Source: Candidatus Saccharimonadia bacterium
GTDB lineage: Bacteria > Patescibacteriota > Saccharimonadia > UBA4664
Reading direction: 5' to 3'
Assembly (NCBI GenBank): GCA_041743505.1
Contig: JBGTMQ010000003.1
Coordinates: forward strand, 89,148-153,147
DNA length: 64,000 bases
Part shown: piece after piece, positions 1 through 9,620 of the stretch
Numbering within the stretch: the first letter of the stretch is position 1
Layout: each line of letters opens with the position of its first letter
Translations under genes and position numbers: made by a program
Notes under the pieces: model-generated
Told to the model about the DNA's origin: nothing
The model's input: the letters and a program-made list of their open reading frames with translations, nothing else
The model's database searches: none

Positions 1-43
1 GAGGCCGTATGCCAAGCTGAGCTAAACGCTACAGCTCATTGGC

Positions 44-364
44 CTAGGCACCGGGGTCAATCGGGCGTGAAGCGAACGTCACAGTCCCGACAGCGACGTC
101 CCAGCGTACATAGGTACGATTGGTGGGTTGCGACTCGCCGTCGACCTTGACCCCGTGCACGTTGCCAAAGACAACGTCAGGCAGTGGCTTCCCCGCCTCC
201 AAAACTGGGTTTGTCGGCCGGATCTCCCACTCAACGCGACCATCGTGGGTCCAGAATGAGACAGCCGCCATCGTCGGCGCACCACCATCAATCTCGAAGA
301 TCCAGTTGGTGTCGATATCATCGTTTAGCAGAGTCATGGTCAGCCTTTCCTGTAGTCGAGACAC
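44..364 (-). CDS. hypothetical protein
   Basis: 106-aa ORF with no recognisable motif. Intergenic spacing on both sides is consistent with a standalone gene. Confidence 0.3.
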   Translation of the reverse strand: MSRLQERLTMTLLNDDIDTNWIFEIDGGAPTMAAVSFWTHDGRVEWEIRPTNPVLEAGKPLPDVVFGNVHGVKVDGESQPTNRTYVRWDVAVGTVTFASRPIDPGA

Positions 365-489
365 AATACAAGCACTCAGAGGAAGCGCTAAACCTCTCCA
401 GTACGGATATCTACTATCTTAGCACAATTACTGCTGATTGTCAACATTGTGCTCCCTACGGAAGCTATTAGCCATGCTAAAATTGCTTC

Positions 490-1179
490 ATGTATATGGA
501 TTTATCAGTCCCAATCAATGATAGGTCTGCAGTTTACCCGGGTGACCCCAAGACTCAAATCAAGCAGACCGAATTTCTAGATAATGATGGTTATCAAGGC
601 CACTTTGTTTCTCTGGGAACCCACGTTGGCACCCACATGGATGCGCCGGCCCACATGATTGCTAATGGGAAAACACTAGATCAATATCCGGTTGAGCGCT
701 TTGTTGGCCGCGGCGTAGTTATCGAAGTTGATGGTCAATACAACCTGAATGACGTTAAAAACGCTAATCTCCGCCAAGGCGACATTGTCCTCTTTCACAC
801 CGGCTTTGATAAGAAATATTACAAACCGGAATACTTTGAGACTTACCCGGCTATCCCAGAGGACGTTGCTCATTACTTAGTTGAGAAAAAAGTATCAATT
901 GTCGGAGTAGACACCTGTAGCGTTGACCATGGGCCTTTCCTAACCCACAAGATACTATTGGGCGGAGACGTACTAATTGTTGAAAATCTTACAATGCCCG
1001 AGGAATTACACGGTGACATTGAAGTCACAGCACTCCCAATCAAGCTCCAACTAGATGCATTTCCCTGCCGCGTAATTGCCAAGCTGTCTGAGTCGGCTGG
1101 AGGATTTTTCAAAACCTCGCCAGTTTCGTTGTCAACAAAGGCGGAGTTTCAATCTTCATCGGTTCCATACGCCTCATAG
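490..1179 (+). CDS. cyclase-family protein (kynurenine formamidase / arylformamidase-like)
   Basis: HVGTHMDAPAHM motif typical of the putative-cyclase (KynB-like) family. Length is about 229 aa. True start may be the M at 496. Confidence 0.6.
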   Translation: MYMDLSVPINDRSAVYPGDPKTQIKQTEFLDNDGYQGHFVSLGTHVGTHMDAPAHMIANGKTLDQYPVERFVGRGVVIEVDGQYNLNDVKNANLRQGDIVLFHTGFDKKYYKPEYFETYPAIPEDVAHYLVEKKVSIVGVDTCSVDHGPFLTHKILLGGDVLIVENLTMPEELHGDIEVTALPIKLQLDAFPCRVIAKLSESAGGFFKTSPVSLSTKAEFQSSSVPYAS

Positions 1180-1574
1180 CCCCTAGTCTTCAGTACTTTG
1201 AGAACCTCCAACTTTCCTGAACCTGATATTCCTGTCACATAAATTAGCGACATAGTGGAACAATCATAACAAATAAAGATAAATTAGCCGTATTTTCCCG
1301 AAGTACGACAACGAAAAAGGACCTGCTTTTTACACAATTTCCTTTTTTGTGATGGATACGCCCGAATTATCACACCCAATCATGGCCGAGGTACAGACCT
1401 GGAGGCGCTATTTAGGCACGGAGTACGCTCGACACAGAAATAGCCCACTTTAATGCCATCTAGTAATGCCCGAAGGGAGTAGCACCCAGGATATTGAGAG
1501 GTAATCGCAAATGTTTACAATTGTAATGAGTTATTAATTCGAGCTAAAGCCAGAGAGGGTCTATAATAATCCCC

Positions 1575-3368
1575 ATGAATATTCAGATTACGGTAAATCG
1601 GAAGTTTAGGAGCTTCAAAGACGGCCTAACAGCCAATGATTTAAATGACTTCATTGTACTTACGGGCAAAAATGGCGCGGGCAAATCTCAGCTCCTGCAA
1701 ATTATTGAGGGTAGGCTGCATGTAGATAGGGATAAACCTCCAGCAACGGCCGACATTGTCCTCAATGGCCAAGCCATAACTCTAACTGACACTCTGGGTA
1801 TCTTTGACTGGGGTATGCCATCCGCCCCTTCTGCCGGGATGGCCGAGCTTCAAAGTTACTCTCAGCAGATCCATCAAACCGTAAATGGTGTATTGTCAGG
1901 AAGCCCCCCAGACGAAAACCTATTCAGTCTCCAGCAGAGGGAGGAAATCGCGCGCATAGCAACTGAATTAAGAGATGAAGGCTACAACCAAAACGACAAC
2001 CCCTTTACCGTCGAGATGGTAGTTGAGAAGCTGTCAGCCAACTTCTCAAAGAAAAGCGCACAGATAATTAATGAGCGCATAGCCTCAATAACTTATGACT
2101 GGCATCTCACAGCGATTGAAAACCGCGAACCCTTTGAGCAAGAATCAAACCCAATCACCATTTTCAATGAATTGGCCGCGGAGTTTGAAACCAAGTATCA
2201 GCTGCCCCCATTCCACGGAAATTTACGCCTACCTTACGTACCCCTGCTTGAAAACCGCCAAGGCGACAAGGTTAACTGGAATGAACTTTCATCAGGTGAG
2301 CAGGTCTTATTCCGCATAATTTGCTGGCTATTCTACTATCGAACCCAAAATGCTATTTACCCTAAGCTCCTAGTATTGGATGAGCCAGATGCCCATTTAA
2401 CACCCAAAATGATCCACCGTCTGCTGGATAATCTACAGCGAGTGATCATAGATAAAATGGGCATATCGGTTATCATGACTACCCATAGCCCCAATACTGT
2501 AGCATTGTGTGAGGAAACAGCCCTTTATGAGTTACTGCTAAGCGATTCGGGCACTAGGACGATAGAGCAGATTACCCGAAAAGATGCCTTAGTCAAATTC
2601 TCGGAAGGTCTGCTTTTTGTACAAGAGGACACTCGGCTAATGTTTGTTGAGGGCAAGGATGATCTACCCTTCTACGACAAACTATATCGGGTGGCCATTA
2701 TTAGGCATGACTTCAAAAACATTCCAAGCTTAAAGTTTATTGCTGCAAGTCACGCCCGACCAGAACATGGAGGATGTACAAAAGTTCTTGAAATGGTCCC
2801 TCGCTTTAATGGCTCAAGCATCGAGAATCTGGTGCATGGGATCATTGATAACGACAACGCCAACACCCCGCAGCCAAATATTTCCGTACTCGATAGATAC
2901 AGCATTGAAAGCTATTTATACGATCCACTACTAATGGCCGTGAGCATGTTGGTGCGGGGAAAGCACGACAGAGTACCATCCCTTAATAGCCTGCAAACCG
3001 GCGACCAGGTGCAGCTTATGGCCAATAGCCAGCTGGTCCAAAACGTCATAAATGACATCATAAATACCCTAAAAACAAATGCCGGCACCGTGATATCCGA
3101 TAGTGGTTTCAGTGAAAATCCGGCAACTGTTAAATGGAAGATTAAAGATCAGGAAGAGCCGCTCAGCTACACGCTACCTGAATGGTATATAAAGCTTAAA
3201 GGTAAAGCCCTAGTAACAAAAGTGATTCGCGCACAAAATAGCCTTTTCAAGGACATCATAAACAATGGGGACCAATACGTAGCCATCGAAACTATAGGGG
3301 CTGTTCCGTTGGATATCTACGAGAAGCTAACCGCCATCCAGATACACAGCACCAGTTCTACCGACTAG
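1575..3368 (+). CDS. OLD-family ABC ATPase fused to a C-terminal TOPRIM-like nuclease domain (Class-1 OLD / fused PARIS AriAB-like anti-phage protein)
   Basis: Walker A LTGKNGAGKSQLL, signature-like LSSGEQ, Walker B LLVLDEPDAHL and H-loop TTHSP are present. The C-terminal domain carries a Toprim-like VEGKDD glutamate motif and a DND motif. GC is about 45% against about 55% locally. A canonical TTG..TATAAT promoter lies upstream. Confidence 0.55.
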   Translation: MNIQITVNRKFRSFKDGLTANDLNDFIVLTGKNGAGKSQLLQIIEGRLHVDRDKPPATADIVLNGQAITLTDTLGIFDWGMPSAPSAGMAELQSYSQQIHQTVNGVLSGSPPDENLFSLQQREEIARIATELRDEGYNQNDNPFTVEMVVEKLSANFSKKSAQIINERIASITYDWHLTAIENREPFEQESNPITIFNELAAEFETKYQLPPFHGNLRLPYVPLLENRQGDKVNWNELSSGEQVLFRIICWLFYYRTQNAIYPKLLVLDEPDAHLTPKMIHRLLDNLQRVIIDKMGISVIMTTHSPNTVALCEETALYELLLSDSGTRTIEQITRKDALVKFSEGLLFVQEDTRLMFVEGKDDLPFYDKLYRVAIIRHDFKNIPSLKFIAASHARPEHGGCTKVLEMVPRFNGSSIENLVHGIIDNDNANTPQPNISVLDRYSIESYLYDPLLMAVSMLVRGKHDRVPSLNSLQTGDQVQLMANSQLVQNVINDIINTLKTNAGTVISDSGFSENPATVKWKIKDQEEPLSYTLPEWYIKLKGKALVTKVIRAQNSLFKDIINNGDQYVAIETIGAVPLDIYEKLTAIQIHSTSSTD

Positions 3369-3660
3369 GGCTTAAACAAGTCAATTACTTCCCGATCTAA
3401 CGCAGGCTGAAGATGTTAAGCGACAGATTATTGAGCTTGAGCTCTCTATTCGTGGAGCTCAAGACGTTGAAAAGGACTTCATGCATTCGTGGAGTTTTCA
3501 CTGAAGTACCTATACAGCTTAAAAGCCCATTGGTGTACGCTCAATAAAGACGAGATGCAAGCCCTCGCAAATATCCTCTTACCCGGAGGTGTATGGCTTA
3601 AAAATGAGGAGCAAAAATTTCACACCCCGAAATAAGCCCACTTTTCAGATACAGATCCAA

Positions 3661-3695
3661 CAAAAAATAGCCAAGAAAATTGGCTATTTTTGCAT
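3661..3695 (-). terminator. rho-independent terminator immediately 3' of ssrA
   Basis: Minus-strand hairpin AAAATAGCCAA-TTTTC-TTGGCTATTTTTTG followed by a U-run directly after the tmRNA CCA end. Confidence 0.5.
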
Positions 3696-3702
3696 AAAAA
3701 CT

Positions 3703-4078
3703 TGGTGGAGCTGCGGGGAATCGCACCCCGGTCCGCCGGGTTACTTGCTAGCGCACTACAGGCTTAGTCGACTTTTGAGCTTAGCTTGCGGCCATGAGTC
3801 GACGAACTATCCGCGAGAGCAGCCTCTTAGCTTAGCTAAGCAGCAGAGACACGCTGCCTAGAGCAGCCCGATAATATAACACCAGCGAACCCCTACCGGG
3901 CATCAGGTGCTGATGGTTTACGGTGTTTAGGCGTAAACAGGTGCGAGTGTCGGTGCGCTAAAAGCGTCCTTCACCCGGCTAAAGAAGTTGGCAGTTAAGC
4001 TAACTGTGGATGCTAACGTGTGCCTACGGCCTGCGCGACTAGCTTGTAAAGGTCCCAACGTCGAGCCTGATCAGCCCC
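3703..4078 (-). ncRNA. ssrA: tmRNA (transfer-messenger RNA)
   Basis: Minus-strand 5' end GGGGCUGAUCAGGCUCGACG matches the conserved tmRNA 5' end. The 3' end GGUGCGAUUCCCCGCAGCUCCACCA is a tRNA-like T-arm plus acceptor plus CCA. An in-frame tag ORF begins with GCC about 87 nt from the 5' end. A TTGTTT-16-TATAAT promoter lies just upstream at 4079-4125. Confidence 0.8.
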
Positions 4079-4164
4079 AAGTCGAACCATATCATTATAC
4101 CATCTCCGGCTCCCTAAACAAAGATTTAGGGCGGGACATGCAATTTATGTCCCGCCCCCGTTCA

Positions 4165-4488
4165 TTATCGGACTGCCAACAATTGATTGACTGCCCCAAG
4201 CGATAAAAGTTGAGTTCGGTGCCGGTTAAACTCCGCAGTAGACAACGTCCGCTTCAACGGCACTTTCATAATGTCATGGGCCACGCCATTTTGGCCGGGC
4301 CCAGCCGAGTAGTAACCACAATCAAGGCAATACCGCTCCTCACTGTCAGTACAGCCAATCACCCCATTATGATGGCAACGAGCCATTAACTCGCCTTGAT
4401 GGTGAGCCAAGTTAGCCTGAAGCCGCCGTACATCATGTTGCATACCAACTACGTGTTGCCTTCTTGATTTAAAGCTACCCTCTGCCAT
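4165..4488 (-). CDS. hypothetical small Cys/His-rich protein (possible HNH/zinc-ribbon-like)
   Basis: 107-aa ORF with CHHNG..C..C..C..C and H..N..HH spacing reminiscent of small HNH/YajD-like proteins. A strong hairpin (4128-4160) follows on the same strand. Confidence 0.35.
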   Translation of the reverse strand: MAEGSFKSRRQHVVGMQHDVRRLQANLAHHQGELMARCHHNGVIGCTDSEERYCLDCGYYSAGPGQNGVAHDIMKVPLKRTLSTAEFNRHRTQLLSLGAVNQLLAVR

Positions 4489-4600
4489 GCGCCCCTACTC
4501 TCACTCGTGGGCCTATACAGTGCAGTACTATAGTACACAAATAAGTCCGTTTTTCAAGCAGCAAAAGCCACAACACACACCATAAGCGTTGTATTAAAAA

Positions 4601-5878
4601 CTATTTATTGCTGACTGGGCTTGGTTGACCCTTCGAGCGCATCTGCAACAACTGCACGACAGCAAAAATCACCACCGAAACACCCATAATCGTAATAACA
4701 GCAGTCACGCTCAAGAGATCAGCCAAGATACCGGTCAACAATATTGGCAGCGTACCGGCCAGGTTAATGAACATATTAAGCGCACCAAACACCTTACCCC
4801 GGACATCCTCATGTGAGTTCTCCTGCAACACTGTCTGGGCAGTCGTTGAGATAATAGCGTTAAGCATACCCAGCGTAAACACCAGTGCGGCTACAATCCA
4901 GCCGATCTGGGCACCGGTTAAGACCTGCTGTCCGTCGATAGGGCGGTAGAGCAGCCCGCTCAGACCCAATAAAATCAATGCCCCACCGGCCATTATCAAA
5001 CCGATCTCCAGCACCCGGATTTTGGTGTAACGCCGGGTCAGCCGGCCAACCAGCCCCACTCCCGCCACCATCCCGATACCAGCCGGAATAATCAGGTACG
5101 TACTAGCGTGCTCCAGAGGCCGGTGCAACAGCGCCAACGACAGTGCCGGCGCCAAAGCCATAATGACCCCAACGATAGCCTGGGTGATAGTCAGCTGGCG
5201 AATAGCCAACGACAACCAGCGATGCGACCGCACAATCGTAAACCCAGCCTTAAACTCGTCCATAAATCTAAACTTAGGCAAATCTGTCCGCTTTCCTGCG
5301 CTACCCCTCGGTAAACCCAATACGCTCAGACCCGCCAAGGCAAACATCGATGCCGTCAGCAAATACGGTCCATATGGTCCCATGGTTGTGATGACCGGCG
5401 CGGCCAAGGCATAACCCACCACAAACGAGCCATAAAGACTAAACACAAACAACGAATTCGCCGTCAACAGGAGGTGCTTAGGTACTACCTGGGGTATCGT
5501 CGACGCCTCAGCCGGCACAAAAAATTGCATGATACTCGAAATCAAAAAAGACAATATCAAGATACCGATCAGGTTATCTTGTAGTGGAATATACAACAAA
5601 ACCAGCCCAGCCCTGAGAGTGTTCGTTACCACCATGACCAGCCGGCGGTTCCAACGGTCAGTCATTGCCCCGGCAAATGACGCAAAAAAGATCGACGGCG
5701 TACCAAAAGCCAGCACCAACAAGCTCACCGCCAAATTACCCAGGTTGGTGTGGGAGCTGGCATTGAACACTTGGATAATCAGGGCAAAATTCAACAGATG
5801 CTGAGCTACTTGCGATAGGATCTGAGACAACCACAGCTTACTGAAATTTCCCTGGCGCAGGGCCTGCAGATATTCCAT
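4601..5878 (-). CDS. MFS transporter
   Basis: 425 aa and highly hydrophobic with about 12 predicted TM segments. Architecture is typical of major-facilitator efflux proteins. Confidence 0.65.
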   Translation of the reverse strand: MEYLQALRQGNFSKLWLSQILSQVAQHLLNFALIIQVFNASSHTNLGNLAVSLLVLAFGTPSIFFASFAGAMTDRWNRRLVMVVTNTLRAGLVLLYIPLQDNLIGILILSFLISSIMQFFVPAEASTIPQVVPKHLLLTANSLFVFSLYGSFVVGYALAAPVITTMGPYGPYLLTASMFALAGLSVLGLPRGSAGKRTDLPKFRFMDEFKAGFTIVRSHRWLSLAIRQLTITQAIVGVIMALAPALSLALLHRPLEHASTYLIIPAGIGMVAGVGLVGRLTRRYTKIRVLEIGLIMAGGALILLGLSGLLYRPIDGQQVLTGAQIGWIVAALVFTLGMLNAIISTTAQTVLQENSHEDVRGKVFGALNMFINLAGTLPILLTGILADLLSVTAVITIMGVSVVIFAVVQLLQMRSKGQPSPVSNK

Positions 5879-5965
5879 AACGATCTCTATGATACCCGCA
5901 CACGACTCAATCTGCTAGCGTTAAGCATTAATGGTATATACTAATAGAACTAAGTAGACGGTTTT

Positions 5966-7141
5966 ATGCGTATCCTGCTCGTGACTGAATCGTACTGGCC
6001 CAATGCTGATGGCGGCGCACTATTTGAACGCAGGCTTGTACTGGCTATTGCCGGCCTTGGCCACCATGTAGCAGTCTGGGCGCCGGGTACCAAGCTTGGC
6101 AGCTACGAAGAAACTGACGGCCCCTACACCATCCACCGCGAAAGTGCCACCACCTTCCTGGCCAACACCAAGTACAAGGTAAGCTGGGCCCCGTTCTGGC
6201 ATGCCCGGCGCATCATCCGCCAGGAGCAGCCAGACGCTATCCACATTCACAACTGTTACTGGATGGGACTATCCGCTATGTTCTGGGCTCACCGCTATCG
6301 TATTCCCGTTGTAGCCACCAACCACTTTATGCCAGAGAACGCCCTGCTTAACCTCAAAGGCTCAAGCCTGTTCTATAAACCTCTTCATAACCTAATCTGG
6401 CGCTACCTGGTCTGGTTCCACAACCGGGTTAACTATGTGACTTCCCCCACCCCAACCGCCGTACAGTTACTCCTCGACCATGGGCTCAGGACCCCGGCTA
6501 AGGCCGTTTCCAACGGCGTTGACATGGTTGTATTCAAGCCCGGACAGGACGCGTCTGCAGTTATCCAGAAATACGGCATCGCCACCGACCGGCCAGTTGT
6601 CTTGTACCTCGGTCGTCTCGATGGCGAAAAGCGACTCGATCAAATCATTGCCGCCATGCCGCAAATTCTACAACAGCAACCCGCCCAGTTAGTACTTTCC
6701 GGCTTTGGCAAGGACATGGCCGCACTTCAAAGCCAGGCCAAAAAGCTCGGCATTGCCGACAACATTGTCTTCACCGGCTACATTGAAGAAGCCGAGAAAC
6801 CCCTTATTTACAACGCAGCGAACTTATTTCTCATCTCGTCCCCCGCTGAACTCCAGAGTATTGTTGTACTCGAAGCCATGGCCAGCGGACTTCCCGTGGT
6901 CGCCGTCGATATCGCCGCCCTCAAAGAGCTCTGCCACGACGGCAAAAACGGCTACTTGTTCAAGCTGGATGATATCACCAGCTTAGCCCGGGTCACCAAA
7001 CAGATATTAGCCAATCGCGACTTACAGAAACGATTTGGCCGGGAGAGTATGAATATTGTGAAGCGCTCGCATTCCACCAATACCATGGTCAAAACCTACG
7101 AAGCAGTCTACAAATGGCTCGCAAATCGGCCGGCATCGTGA
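5966..7141 (+). CDS. glycosyltransferase family 4 (GT-B)
   Basis: C-terminal EAMASGLPVVAVD...GKNGYLF motif block typical of GT4 retaining glycosyltransferases. Confidence 0.75.
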   Translation: MRILLVTESYWPNADGGALFERRLVLAIAGLGHHVAVWAPGTKLGSYEETDGPYTIHRESATTFLANTKYKVSWAPFWHARRIIRQEQPDAIHIHNCYWMGLSAMFWAHRYRIPVVATNHFMPENALLNLKGSSLFYKPLHNLIWRYLVWFHNRVNYVTSPTPTAVQLLLDHGLRTPAKAVSNGVDMVVFKPGQDASAVIQKYGIATDRPVVLYLGRLDGEKRLDQIIAAMPQILQQQPAQLVLSGFGKDMAALQSQAKKLGIADNIVFTGYIEEAEKPLIYNAANLFLISSPAELQSIVVLEAMASGLPVVAVDIAALKELCHDGKNGYLFKLDDITSLARVTKQILANRDLQKRFGRESMNIVKRSHSTNTMVKTYEAVYKWLANRPAS

Positions 7142-8409
7142 AAATCGGCTTTTTTAGCGACCGTTACTTACCCATGACGGATGGAGTAGCTTATTCCATC
7201 GAGTCATTCCGTATCGAGCTGGAAAAGCTCGGTCATGAAGTCTATATTTTTGCACCCCGAACCACCCGGGGCCACAAGGATACGTCCAAGCACATCATTC
7301 GCTTTCCGGCTGTCAAAGGCCTCTTCTTTGAAGACTACATGACAACGTTCTTCTTCCCCCCGCAGGTAATGCGCAAGGTTGAAAAGCTTAAATTAGATAT
7401 TATTCACTACCATACCCCCGGACAACTAGGCTTGTTTGGCGCCTACTTTGCATTGCATCACAACATACCACTGGTCACCACCTACCACACCGATCTTTTC
7501 GAATATGTGAAACATTATCCATCAATTCTGCCCGGCACCATTGCCCTGTCGATGCTCGTTCCCGTTATCACCGGTGGCGGCATGAGCGAATACCGCGCCA
7601 GCCTATCCTCCATCAAACCCGAGCGCAGCGTCGATAAATGGAACCAGAAAATCGTCGAGCGCGGCGTCACTATGATCCACAATCACTGCGACCTCGTGAT
7701 TACACCTTCGCAAAAAATCGAGCGCCAGCTGAAGCGCTGGAAAACCAAGGCCATCATTGCCACATTGCCTACCGGCGTAGATAAAATAACAACAACCGCC
7801 CGCAATATTGAGGTCGCCCGCATCCGTTACAACATTCACGAAGACGACAAGGTAATATTGTTCGTCGGCCGCATCGGTACTGAAAAGAACCTGGGTCTGT
7901 TGCTCCAGTCGTTCGACTACATAGCCAAAAAGAACGTTGCCGCCAAACTCGTCCTGGTCGGTCGCGGCGATGATTTTGAAAACTTTAAAGACCAAGCCGC
8001 AGCCAGCGCTTATGAAAACCGCATTATCTTTACCGGCCGAATTGACCATCAGGAACTCGGAGCCATCTACGAGCTAGCAACGCTGTTCGCATTCCCTTCC
8101 ACAACCGACACTCAGGGATTAGTCCTCAATGAAGCAGCCTGGGCCGGCCTACCTATTGTGCTCGTCGACCACGGAATCACCGAGGTAGTGGAAGACGGCA
8201 AGAACGGCTACTACGCTAAGCCCACCGCCAAAGACCTGGCCGCCAAGATTCTCAAGCTCCTCAAAGATAAACGGCTGCGCGAACAAATGGGTCAGCACAG
8301 CATCAAATTAGCCGGCGGATTTGGCGCTAGCACCCAGGCTCTAAAATTGTTACGCTTGTATGAGGAAACCATGGAGCGTCACGGTGAAAGCACCAAAACC
8401 AAGCCCTAA
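7114..8409 (+). CDS. glycosyltransferase family 4 (GT-B)
   Basis: NEAAWAGLPIVLVDHG...GKNGYY motif block. Overlaps the upstream GT4 by 28 nt, consistent with an operon. Confidence 0.75.
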   Translation: MARKSAGIVKIGFFSDRYLPMTDGVAYSIESFRIELEKLGHEVYIFAPRTTRGHKDTSKHIIRFPAVKGLFFEDYMTTFFFPPQVMRKVEKLKLDIIHYHTPGQLGLFGAYFALHHNIPLVTTYHTDLFEYVKHYPSILPGTIALSMLVPVITGGGMSEYRASLSSIKPERSVDKWNQKIVERGVTMIHNHCDLVITPSQKIERQLKRWKTKAIIATLPTGVDKITTTARNIEVARIRYNIHEDDKVILFVGRIGTEKNLGLLLQSFDYIAKKNVAAKLVLVGRGDDFENFKDQAAASAYENRIIFTGRIDHQELGAIYELATLFAFPSTTDTQGLVLNEAAWAGLPIVLVDHGITEVVEDGKNGYYAKPTAKDLAAKILKLLKDKRLREQMGQHSIKLAGGFGASTQALKLLRLYEETMERHGESTKTKP

Positions 8410-9352
8410 GCCGGTCAACAATCCCGCTGCCGAGCCAGCCGAAATCCGTAAACACTACTATAAAGAACGTTATGTCATCATAGCGCCCAAGCGAAATCTG
8501 CGACCCGATTCATTTTCCCATCACAACGAACCACACAAAATACCCAACCCGGCCTGCCATTTCTGTAACAACACCGAGCCGGCCTTGCTCGCCTCACCTG
8601 GACCAAAAAACTGGCGCGTCAAAGTCATTAAAAACGCTTTTCCAGCACTTTCCCTGGATAACCCCAAAGCCTTCGGCAGCCAAGAAGTCGTTATTAATAC
8701 TCCCGACCACAATATGGAATTCTCAGAACTCCAGCTCGGTCATATCGAAGAAATATTCAGCGCTTACCGTCGCCGGTTAACCGCCCTCAAGACCATAGAT
8801 GGCATCCGTTACGTGCTAGTCTTCAAAAATGATGGCCCGATGGCTGGTGCCAGCGTGGCTCATGCCCACTGCCAAATTATCGCCCTACCGATGATCCCAC
8901 CACATATAGAAGATGACAGTAACGCCCTCAAGCGCTACCAGGATATAAACAATAGCTGCGCCCTATGCGATATTATCACTTGGGAAGAACAGCAACGGGT
9001 CCGCATCATTTTTCAGGACAAGCACATGATCGCTATTGCCCCCTACGCTGCCTCAGCCGGATTCGGCGCCTGGATTCTTCCCCGGCGCCACGAGACCAGC
9101 TTCGGTAACCTTGGCAGTGGCGAGCTGCACTCATTGGCAGTAATTCTCAAAAAAATAACTGCCCGCCTAGATAGCACTAATATAAGTTTCAATTATTTCT
9201 TGCAAGAATCCATTCCCCACCAGGATCATCATTTCGTCCTCAAAGTGGAGCCCAGAACGTTCCGGTGGGCCGGCGCCGAAATGGGTACCGGCGTTATTAT
9301 CAATCCTGTACCTCCTGAATACGCCGCCCTCTGGTACCAAGGTACGGTTTAA
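8360..9352 (+). CDS. GalT-like HIT-superfamily nucleotidyltransferase (galactose-1-phosphate uridylyltransferase family)
   Basis: N-terminal CHFC zinc motif, NAFPAL and the HIT-like histidine triad VAHAHCQIIALP. Overlaps the upstream GT gene. An alternative GTG start near 8384 has a better SD. Confidence 0.55.
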   Translation: MRKPWSVTVKAPKPSPKPVNNPAAEPAEIRKHYYKERYVIIAPKRNLRPDSFSHHNEPHKIPNPACHFCNNTEPALLASPGPKNWRVKVIKNAFPALSLDNPKAFGSQEVVINTPDHNMEFSELQLGHIEEIFSAYRRRLTALKTIDGIRYVLVFKNDGPMAGASVAHAHCQIIALPMIPPHIEDDSNALKRYQDINNSCALCDIITWEEQQRVRIIFQDKHMIAIAPYAASAGFGAWILPRRHETSFGNLGSGELHSLAVILKKITARLDSTNISFNYFLQESIPHQDHHFVLKVEPRTFRWAGAEMGTGVIINPVPPEYAALWYQGTV

Positions 9353-9362
9353 CATAAGAAAG

Positions 9363-9416
9363 CCCCTAGGTACTTAGTGCTCGGAGCTTGCGCTCTGAGA
9401 TTTAAGTACCTAGGGG
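9363..9416 (+). terminator. long perfect hairpin (terminator of the GT operon or 5' domain of a structured RNA)
   Basis: 14-15 bp stem CCCTAGGTACTTAG/CTAAGTACCTAGGG enclosing a second nested stem. Begins 10 nt after the GalT-like stop. No U-run follows. Confidence 0.35.
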
Positions 9417-9494
9417 ATAAATCGGGCGGCTGGCTGGGTCTGGACCAGCCGGGGTTACTAACCCTAGCCCCCTATACCCAACTCGTGGGCTCAC

Positions 9495-9620
9495 TCGCTG
9501 CTGACAGCACGCCGCGAACGACGAGCGGACAGGGACCGGAAGAGGCGCAGAACCCGGCTAAGGGCCGTGAACGCCGTCCCGGTAGCTGTCCGAGAGGTTG
9601 TCATGTGAACGGTGCCGCTC
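9495..9620 (+). ncRNA. ffs: candidate SRP RNA (4.5S/ffs-like domain IV)
   Basis: GGACAGGGACCGGAAG...CCCGGUAGCUGUCC resembles the E. coli 4.5S domain IV (GGUCCGGAAGGAAGCAGC ... GGGAUGUAGCUGG) with a closing GGACAG/CUGUCC helix and a GGAA tetraloop. The region is GC-rich and non-coding, and the only ORF there is implausible. Confidence 0.4.

Noticed and set aside
3589-4206. ORFs 3589-3861 and 3988-4206 on the plus strand.
   Set aside because: Both overlap the tmRNA gene and its promoter. They have no SD and nonsense composition.
9540-9565. CAGAACCCGGCUAA resembles the RNase P P4 3' strand, suggesting rnpB at this location.
   Set aside because: The matching 5' P4 strand and CR-V block are absent at a compatible distance. 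A complete rnpB exists at 18894-19295. The surrounding helix fits SRP RNA domain IV better.
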